Source: Candidatus Thorarchaeota archaeon
Lineage (GTDB): Archaea > Asgardarchaeota > Thorarchaeia > Thorarchaeales > Thorarchaeaceae
Length of the DNA: 15,628 nucleotides
Direction of reading: 5' to 3'
NCBI GenBank assembly: GCA_048882385.1
Contig: JBHLRQ010000078.1
Span: 1-15,628, forward strand
Position 1 is the stretch's first letter; every line of letters starts with the position of its first letter. Made by a program: the position numbers and the translations under genes. Positions 1-6,353 of the stretch are shown here, piece by piece. The notes under the pieces are model-generated. The model had not been told where the DNA came from. It did not search any database and saw nothing but the letters and a program-made list of their open reading frames with translations.

Positions 1-479
1 TGGATGTGGCGAATAATCCGCCCATTGAATATGTTGCAATTGGAGCTGATAGAGGTATGACATTTCGAGAACTGAATTTCGCTACTAAAATGGTCAAAGA
101 AGGCGCAAAATTGCTATGCATCAGCGGGAGTCGTGACTACCTTGGGATTTACCTTGGGGAAGAAGAAATGTTCATCGGTGAACGATCGATTGTTGCAGCA
201 GTTGAGCATGCTGCAGGAACGGAATCAGTTGTTGTTGGAAAACCACTTCCTGAAATAGTAGTAGAAACAGTCAAGACATTAGGGTTCTCAGTTGAGGATG
301 CAGTCATGATTGGAGATAATCCTGCATCTGACGTTGCAGGTGGAAACGCAGCAGGTGTGACAACCATTCTTGTTCACCGTGACCCAGATAATATCGTGTC
401 CTTCGAATCTGGTGATCTTGATACAAATCCGGATTTTTCAGTCCAATCTCTTGAAGAGATTATACCTATGATCAATTGA
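1..479 (+). CDS. HAD-superfamily subfamily IIA hydrolase (NagD-like phosphatase), 5'-truncated by the window edge
   Basis: The frame is open from the window edge (codons start at position 3). It contains the HAD-IIA motifs 'VVGKP' (motif III Lys) and 'MIGDNPASDVAGGNAAG' (motif IV), and ends in a typical 'PDFSVQSLEEI' tail. Motif I (DxD) would lie upstream of the window. Confidence 0.9.
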   Translation, partial: DVANNPPIEYVAIGADRGMTFRELNFATKMVKEGAKLLCISGSRDYLGIYLGEEEMFIGERSIVAAVEHAAGTESVVVGKPLPEIVVETVKTLGFSVEDAVMIGDNPASDVAGGNAAGVTTILVHRDPDNIVSFESGDLDTNPDFSVQSLEEIIPMIN

Positions 480-494
480 AGGACTGTTTTGGTT

Positions 495-1184
495 ATGACT
501 TCTAAAAACCCAGTGATTCGTTTTGAAGTATATCGACCAGGTCTAAGTGTTTCACTAATTATACTTGAAGATCTCACAGTTGGTCAATCCAGTTCATCTT
601 TTGAGGAGTACGAGAAAGAAACATTCGAAGAAATTCGTACTCAGATGACTCTTGAAGATGTAAAGGATGATCCAATATTTCGGTCGTATCGCGACCTTTA
701 CTGGACATTCGGGATGGATCCAACAAAACTTCGAGTATCGAGTGAAGCGGTATTGCGCAGAATTCTCAAGGGACTAAATCTATGGAGAATTTCAGACATT
801 GTTGATATCGTCAATCTCGCATCAGCATATCACAAGATTCCAATTGGTCTTGTTGACTCATCTAAATTGAAGGGTGATTTGGTTGTTCGAACTGCATCCG
901 CTGGTGAGGTATTCCAGAGAATTGGAGGAAAGACAATTACATGTCATGGACGAGAAATCGTTGTTGCTGATGACGAAAAAATTGTATGTTTTGGATACGC
1001 TACACATGATTCTGAACGCACGATGATCACAGATAGCAGCAGCGAAGTCCTTGTTCTGTTATACGGTTCAGAGGTCATCAGTCAAGATGTGATGGATGAT
1101 GCTCTAAGAATCACACTTGATATGATTGATCAATGGCTTGACTGTCGAGTTTCTGAACCTGTGAAGTTTTTTTCAAACACCTAG
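495..1184 (+). CDS. Stand-alone B3/4-domain protein (PheRS beta-subunit editing-domain-like)
   Basis: Family-typical segments: 'FRSYRDLYWTFGMDPTKLRVSSEAVLRR', 'IVDIVNLASAYHKIPIGLVD', 'GREIVVADD' and 'DSERTMIT'. ATG at 495 is preferred over TTG at 489. It lies 15 nt after the HAD stop, so the two are probably co-transcribed. Confidence 0.85.
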   Translation: MTSKNPVIRFEVYRPGLSVSLIILEDLTVGQSSSSFEEYEKETFEEIRTQMTLEDVKDDPIFRSYRDLYWTFGMDPTKLRVSSEAVLRRILKGLNLWRISDIVDIVNLASAYHKIPIGLVDSSKLKGDLVVRTASAGEVFQRIGGKTITCHGREIVVADDEKIVCFGYATHDSERTMITDSSSEVLVLLYGSEVISQDVMDDALRITLDMIDQWLDCRVSEPVKFFSNT

Positions 1185-3145
1185 AACTCAAGGAATGGTT
1201 GTCCAAGTACAATTCTCTCAAGCAAGTTGTTCTTTGTAGCCTTTGATACCATCAACTCAAACTGCTTTTTGAGACGTGCTTCATCAACATAGTCTGGTTC
1301 TTTGATACCCATACTATCAATGACAAGCTTGAGCATGTATTCGAACTCATAGACAAGATAGTCTTCTTTTCGTCCTTTCTTCTTTCCTTCTTTCTTGACC
1401 TTCTTAGCTAAACCCTGTTTGAGTGCTTCTCTAGTTTCAGTCAAATAGGTGTACATAGCTTTCTCATAGTGAAGCTCTCCACGTTTAACAAGCTCCTGCA
1501 GGAATGGGAGTCCAAAGGTTCTTCGTGCAATGGCCTCAATTCGAGCTACAAATCCATTTATGATGTCATCATAGGATAGCACCCCAGCCTGGCCCCGAGT
1601 TTCGAAGACCTTGTCAGTGTCCTTTGCAGTTGCAAATTTCTCTTTCTTCGCAGCTAAAAGCTTCTCTCTCTCTCTTCGAGCCTCTTCGTCTGCCTTCTTC
1701 TTTTCTTCTTCGAGACGCTTTCTTTCAACCTCTTTCTTGGCGTCTTCTATCTTTTTCATGCGTTCAAGTCTAGCTTTCTCTCTTTGTTTGGCTTCTTCTC
1801 TCTCTTTTACCAGACGCTCTTCTTCGAGTTGCTTTAGTATCTTTTCTTGCTCAGCTCTAAGTTTTTCCATATGTTTCTGCACATCTCGTTCTGTTAGAGT
1901 AATGTGCTTTGTTAGAAGCCACCTGACTCCAATATTATTGACTTTGGGTTTCATGTCAGCTGACGAGAAGATGAAATTGGCTGTCTGTTGTCCAGGTAAT
2001 TGAGTGATTATTTCTTCTGATTCTTTCTCTCCTGCGATCGGTTCAAGTATTCGCTCCAAAACTTTTAGGGACTGTTCACTACTTATGCGACCTGCTGAGA
2101 TTGTATTGAACTGTTCAAATGCTTTGTAGTCGATGTCTTTTGGACTCTGTGTTGCTATCAAGCACTCGACACCATATTTTCGCGCTTGTCTAAATAGAAG
2201 TAAGAATGTTTCTTTGGGACCGGGTGCTCTCATTCCTGCTGGAATGAATGGTGCTGCTTCATCTTGAAAAATCATCATACGTGGTTTCTCAGTGAAGCCT
2301 TGTCTTAACATCCATGAATAGAGTTGATTCAACACAATCGCAATGAAGAAATGTTTCTCTTCTTCGCTCCGAAGTGTCTTGAGGAATATTACATTGATTG
2401 GTGTTTTACCATTCACAGGTTTTGTGAGATGGTCGAAGTCAATATTCCCTTCTTCCTTAAACAACAGTTGAGAAGATCCCACAGTCAAGCTTCTAATCCG
2501 AGTTGCTAGAGTCTGCCTCTCTGAGAACTTCATGAAAGGTTCAAGATCCACTCCAACAGTTTCCTTGTCTGCAACAAGCATATCAGCTAGCTCTGAAAGC
2601 TCATCAATCTCCGTCTTCTCAGCTTCCCAGATGGTTCTTAGAAGCTCATAGACTGCAGCAAATGCCTTTCCTTCCCAGGATCTCGATAGACCTGCAACTT
2701 TCATGAGGACCTTTACTAGTGTACGGGCTGAGTTGTCGAGCAATCGAATAATATCGTCTTGATCGGCATCTCTATCTGGAAGTTTCAAGGGATTGATTGA
2801 AATAGCCAGACCTTTGCTACTTGCTGGTGTGTAGACTCTGACAATGACCTTTTCCATATATTCCTTGAGTCTTTCTGGAGGTACTCCTTTAGAAGACAGT
2901 TCCTTTGGGTCTCCAGGAAGCATCAATGATGCAATATCTCCCTGAGGATCAAATGCTAGGATAGGAATGCCCTGCATTGCTGCTTCTTCTAGGATACACT
3001 TGGAAAGAACTGTTTTTCCTGATCCTGTTGAACCAAACACTCCTCCATGTCTGCGAAGGAGGTCTACACTGATTTCGAACTTTTCATCTGTCCGTTTTCC
3101 TTCCTTGTCAAGCTTGAATCCAAGCCAGAGCTTGTTGTCTGCCAT
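1181..3145 (-). CDS. HerA/FtsK/VirB4-superfamily P-loop ATPase (DUF87/DUF853-like) with a charged helical stalk and a C-terminal domain
   Basis: Walker A 'GSTGSGKT', 'FDPQGD', 'RVYTPASSKG', Walker B 'MIFQDEA' and the signature 'ARKYG..LIATQSP' are present. There is no N-terminal HAS barrel or TM segment. ATG at 3145 is preceded by a GGTG RBS, giving 654 aa (the track's start is TTG at 3157). Confidence 0.88.
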   Translation of the reverse strand: MADNKLWLGFKLDKEGKRTDEKFEISVDLLRRHGGVFGSTGSGKTVLSKCILEEAAMQGIPILAFDPQGDIASLMLPGDPKELSSKGVPPERLKEYMEKVIVRVYTPASSKGLAISINPLKLPDRDADQDDIIRLLDNSARTLVKVLMKVAGLSRSWEGKAFAAVYELLRTIWEAEKTEIDELSELADMLVADKETVGVDLEPFMKFSERQTLATRIRSLTVGSSQLLFKEEGNIDFDHLTKPVNGKTPINVIFLKTLRSEEEKHFFIAIVLNQLYSWMLRQGFTEKPRMMIFQDEAAPFIPAGMRAPGPKETFLLLFRQARKYGVECLIATQSPKDIDYKAFEQFNTISAGRISSEQSLKVLERILEPIAGEKESEEIITQLPGQQTANFIFSSADMKPKVNNIGVRWLLTKHITLTERDVQKHMEKLRAEQEKILKQLEEERLVKEREEAKQREKARLERMKKIEDAKKEVERKRLEEEKKKADEEARREREKLLAAKKEKFATAKDTDKVFETRGQAGVLSYDDIINGFVARIEAIARRTFGLPFLQELVKRGELHYEKAMYTYLTETREALKQGLAKKVKKEGKKKGRKEDYLVYEFEYMLKLVIDSMGIKEPDYVDEARLKKQFELMVSKATKNNLLERIVLGQPFLEF

Positions 3146-3179
3146 GTCGAACACCAATCACGATTTATCGTTACTGTGG

Positions 3180-3194
3180 TTTTAAGAGCCTTTC
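3180..3194 (-). promoter_or_regulatory. Putative BRE/TATA promoter for the ATPase gene
   Basis: The minus strand reads GAAAGG-CT-CTTAAAA about 35 nt upstream of the ATG at 3145. Confidence 0.4.
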
Positions 3195-3211
3195 CAGTAT
3201 CGCTTGATACT

Positions 3212-3247
3212 AAAAAGAGAAAGAGTGGATGGAGTATTCTCCATCCA
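3212..3247 (-). terminator. Putative terminator of the 6-TM gene (9-bp hairpin plus pyrimidine tract)
   Basis: Perfect inverted repeat TGGATGGAG-tatt-CTCCATCCA (3226-3247), 12 nt past the stop at 3260. On the minus strand it is followed by CTCTTTCTCTTTTT. Confidence 0.6.
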
Positions 3248-3259
3248 AAATTACTGTAA

Positions 3260-3925
3260 TTATTCACCTACTGGCTCATAACGTCTGCCAAGGAAGAATA
3301 CGATGATGAACACAAGAGCAATGGCAAATAGAAACAAAGTTCCTGCAGCCCATGCATAGGATGCTGTGAAGAGCCAAATCCAATTGAGCGCAAAATTGAC
3401 TCCTGCCATAATTGCACCAAGGATGAGTGATACAAGCATGAATCTTGAAGTCATTTCCTTGATTTGTCCAGTTTCAGCACCTGTGGATATCCTTGATCCA
3501 AAGAAGACGAAGATGAACAGGAAGATATAGGCAATAACTATCATGGTACCCATGTTGAAGAGACTACCCTGAATCTCAGCTGTGTCAAAACCTTCAAGCA
3601 ATCCGAAAGTTAGGATGGTACCAAGTGTCATGATGAAGACTAGCGTATTGGCGTAGAGCTTGTCATCGGGATGAACATAACCAGTCATCTCCGTGAATGT
3701 GTTGATGATACTGACAATGAGAACAACTGCCAAGACACCCAATGATCCAATCCAGATGTAGAATGGATATTGAAGCGGGTCTCCTGTTGTTCCCAGACTC
3801 TCTAGTAAATATTTGACACCAATTGCTACTCCCAGCAATGTAATTCCGATGCCCGAAAGGACATTTCCAATTGTTGTGAGCCTAACCAATAGTTTCCTCC
3901 TCCGTAATGGAGTACCTAAAGCCAC
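3260..3925 (-). CDS. Uncharacterised integral membrane protein, about 6 TM helices
   Basis: 221 aa with a GTG start. A basic N-terminus (RRRK) is followed by six hydrophobic stretches. The polar loops include 'TEMTGYVHPDDK' and 'GAETGQIKEMTSRF'. No family recognised. Confidence 0.8.
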   Translation of the reverse strand: MALGTPLRRRKLLVRLTTIGNVLSGIGITLLGVAIGVKYLLESLGTTGDPLQYPFYIWIGSLGVLAVVLIVSIINTFTEMTGYVHPDDKLYANTLVFIMTLGTILTFGLLEGFDTAEIQGSLFNMGTMIVIAYIFLFIFVFFGSRISTGAETGQIKEMTSRFMLVSLILGAIMAGVNFALNWIWLFTASYAWAAGTLFLFAIALVFIIVFFLGRRYEPVGE

Positions 3926-4027
3926 TCTCTGCCTAGTTTCTATTAACTCTTTGCCAAACTACGTTCCAATGTACTTTGAATGCTAAGCTCTATATCCTTA
4001 CGAAGAAAATCAATCATAGTGGGGATA

Positions 4028-4684
4028 ATGTCAGAAGACACTTCTGATAGGGTCATTGTATCGCAAGACAATCTTGCCCGATGCAAGTGGTGCGGGACTC
4101 CTGAGAGTCCATATTGGACAATAAGTAAGAGCGAGAAACTTTACTGCACTCCTGAATGCATGCTTGCAGATGAATCAAGTAGTAAACGAATCACAGGAAT
4201 CGGTGGAATATGTTTCGGAACTCTCTTGATAATCCCATTCATAGCCTCTATATTCTTGCAGCCTGAGTATGCAGGTGGAAGCATTTCCCTACTGATCAAT
4301 GGAATGGTTTTGTTGGCGATTGGTGTCGCTCAATATGCTGAAGCTAATGAGGGTCAAAAATACAAAGACCGCAAGGACAGTTACCGTGGTGTATCTCCAA
4401 TAATTTGCTCCTACTGCTCCCATCAGAATTCACCACATTTCACAACATGTCAGAATTGTGGCGCACCCCTTTCTTATGGATCATATTCTAAGGAAACAAT
4501 GCCGCCATGGCTTCGAAAAACCATTCCTAGTGGAGTTTTCAAATGTCCCTACTGTGCCGCTATCTACTCTTATCGCCAAGCTTCAAGGACTCACGAAGGC
4601 CTGGTCACCTGTCAGAATTGTGCTCGACCATTTGCACCAGCAGAACCAACAAAGGTTGAACCTCAAAGCAGATACTTCTATTGA
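4028..4684 (+). CDS. Membrane-anchored multi-zinc-finger protein (treble-clef finger, 2 TM, two zinc ribbons)
   Basis: CKWC-x17-CTPEC, two hydrophobic helices, CSYC-x10-CQNC, then CPYC...CQNC. ATG at 4028 (after GTGGGGA) is preferred over 3980. Confidence 0.8.
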   Translation: MSEDTSDRVIVSQDNLARCKWCGTPESPYWTISKSEKLYCTPECMLADESSSKRITGIGGICFGTLLIIPFIASIFLQPEYAGGSISLLINGMVLLAIGVAQYAEANEGQKYKDRKDSYRGVSPIICSYCSHQNSPHFTTCQNCGAPLSYGSYSKETMPPWLRKTIPSGVFKCPYCAAIYSYRQASRTHEGLVTCQNCARPFAPAEPTKVEPQSRYFY

Positions 4685-5895
4685 ACGGTTTCTTCTTGTT
4701 TCAATGGTGCTGCTTCAGGAAGGAAATATGTTCCAATACATGCAACTACGATGAGAATTGCTACAAGAGTACCTAGACCAGGGAAGAGACCACCGAATGA
4801 ATAGGCAAACTCTGCTGCTATTGGACCGATAATCATTCCTGAGCCAAAGAAAATACTGTAAACACCCATTGTGGATCCACGAGCTTCTTCACTAGAAACA
4901 TCGGTAAGATAAGCCATAGCAGCTGGGGGGAATGAACCTGCGATGAAACCTAAAATTGGCAACGCTGGCCAGATTGACCACACTACTTCGAATTGGTCTG
5001 CATTAGCCACTAACAGATACGCGAGAAGTCCAAAACCAATCAGTCCCGTTACAATGAATGGTCGTCTCTTCATCAAATGGTCCGACAAATGCCCCATCAC
5101 TATGATTCCGAGAATCAGAGAAACCCCTAACATTGCGAAGAGAATTAACATGTCCGTTGCGGTGAGAGAGAAGTAATCCTCAATGATGTGTTTCATTTTT
5201 GAGATTACGAGACCATAGAGTGAAATTATCGGAATATAGACTGGAAGCATTAGCTGAATACGCTTGTCACTGGCTACTTTCTTCATGAGTGCAGTCATGC
5301 TCACTTCTTCTTGGGAAACTACTCGAGTTTCCTTAATCAGGAAAATGGCAAGAATTCCACTTATCGTACAAGCTGCTGCAGCTGCGAAAAGAAGTGTGTT
5401 GGCAGCCCATCCAAACTCAAGTAGAATGACACCAAGACCAAAACCTCCTGCCAGTCCCATGAGAGTTGACAAGTCATAATAACCCATCAAGCGTGCCCTG
5501 TTGAACTCGGATGATGCATCTGCAATCATTGACAAGGTCGTTGTGACCTTTGAAGCAGCCCCAATTCCAAAGAGAACAGCTAGAATGTATGCAAGAAACT
5601 CGAAGGTTGCAATACCAAATAGGAATGCTGCTAGTCCGGTTAGAAACAAGCTTGCTACAAATATTGGTTTTCTACCAATCTTATCACTGTATGATCCAAA
5701 GAATGAAACTGTGCTAAGCTCCGCGATTGGATAGATTGCTAGAACTACTGCAACCCCCCATCCCTGCAGAATCCCACTCATGTATGCGTTACTCGAGATA
5801 ACTGCAATTGTGACGTAGAACGAAGCACGCATTATCAAAGTCACAAGGTACAACATCATAAGAGTCAGAAAGTGACCCGATTTTCTCAGTCCCAT
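4678..5895 (-). CDS. Major facilitator superfamily transporter (12 TM, DHA1-like)
   Basis: MFS motif A 'GSYSDKIGRKP' and its second-half copy 'GHLSDHLMKRRP'; 'EARGSTMGVY...GMIIGP'. 405 aa, with an AAGGAG RBS upstream of the ATG. Confidence 0.92.
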   Translation of the reverse strand: MGLRKSGHFLTLMMLYLVTLIMRASFYVTIAVISSNAYMSGILQGWGVAVVLAIYPIAELSTVSFFGSYSDKIGRKPIFVASLFLTGLAAFLFGIATFEFLAYILAVLFGIGAASKVTTTLSMIADASSEFNRARLMGYYDLSTLMGLAGGFGLGVILLEFGWAANTLLFAAAAACTISGILAIFLIKETRVVSQEEVSMTALMKKVASDKRIQLMLPVYIPIISLYGLVISKMKHIIEDYFSLTATDMLILFAMLGVSLILGIIVMGHLSDHLMKRRPFIVTGLIGFGLLAYLLVANADQFEVVWSIWPALPILGFIAGSFPPAAMAYLTDVSSEEARGSTMGVYSIFFGSGMIIGPIAAEFAYSFGGLFPGLGTLVAILIVVACIGTYFLPEAAPLKQEETVQ

Positions 5896-5939
5896 TCAAG
5901 TGCTCTCCTTGTAATGTAGGTCTGGTCGTTGCGTTAGCG

Positions 5940-5971
5940 TTTATAAGCTATGTAGGTTCAACAATTGAACC
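5940..5971. promoter_or_regulatory. TATA box in the divergent intergenic region plus a palindromic operator-like site
   Basis: TTTATAAG at 5940-5947 (its TTATAA core is palindromic), about 25-30 nt before the ATG at 5972. The inverted repeat GGTTCAA-caa-TTGAACC at 5955-5971 abuts that ATG. Confidence 0.6.
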
Positions 5972-6334
5972 ATGGCGAGCAGTAGGATTCCTGGGGACAT
6001 CGGAACAGCAGAGTTTGTTTTTCTCACGTTTTATCGTCTAAGGACAATGAGTGATGAAGAAAAGAAAGAATGGTTCAAGACTTGGAACTACATTAAAACA
6101 CAACTCCCAAGGGGCATGGAAGTCATCACTGAAGCAACAAGTGCTTTCGGGACAGAGTTCACAGGATTCACTGTCTATGAAGGTCCTCTTGATAAATTCG
6201 ATGAGCTCTCCGAAACGATTGAGAATCATGCTCAAGGGTTCATTGAAAAATCACTCACCATAATTGGGACTAAGGGCTTATCTTTACCCATAGCAGAATT
6301 TCGGAAGATTATCGATGGTCGTCCAGTAGATTAG
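5972..6334 (+). CDS. Small hypothetical alpha/beta protein, possibly a dimeric alpha+beta barrel (ferredoxin-like) fold
   Basis: 120 aa with an ATG just downstream of a TATA box. The pattern looks like beta-alpha-beta-beta-alpha-beta ('FLTFYRLR', 'SDEEKKEWFKTW', 'FTGFTVYEG', 'KFDELSETIE'). The fold call is tentative. Confidence 0.7.
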   Translation: MASSRIPGDIGTAEFVFLTFYRLRTMSDEEKKEWFKTWNYIKTQLPRGMEVITEATSAFGTEFTGFTVYEGPLDKFDELSETIENHAQGFIEKSLTIIGTKGLSLPIAEFRKIIDGRPVD

Positions 6335-6353
6335 GAAAAGGTGTGGTATCCCT

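Noticed and set aside
1611-2003. 130-aa Ser/Phe-rich + strand ORF and CT-rich, microsatellite-like DNA
   Set aside because: It is the antisense mirror of the GAA/AAA/AGA codons encoding the ATPase's charged helix, not an independent gene or repeat.
1181-3145. Canonical HerA-NurA repair operon or HerA-based defence system (Sir2-HerA etc.)
   Set aside because: There is no HAS barrel and no recognisable nuclease, sirtuin or mre11/rad50 gene in the window.
2967-3267. Short ORFs 2967-3185, 3047-3259 and 3064-3267
   Set aside because: They overlap the ATPase 5' end and the terminator/promoter spacer, and have no protein-like features.
1181-3925. Direct assignment as the CedA/CedB DNA-import system
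   Set aside because: The ATPase lacks CedB's N-terminal membrane anchor, no small pilin-like cedA1/A2 genes are adjacent, and I recognised no sequence similarity. Kept only as an analogy.
4458-4754. 98-aa alternative-frame ORF suggesting a frameshift extension of the Zn-finger gene
   Set aside because: The main frame encodes intact zinc ribbons through this region, no slippery site was evident, and the ORF runs into the MFS gene.
5972-6334. Call as chlorite dismutase or a heme enzyme
   Set aside because: Only a vague fold-level resemblance; no convincingly placed proximal His or catalytic Arg.
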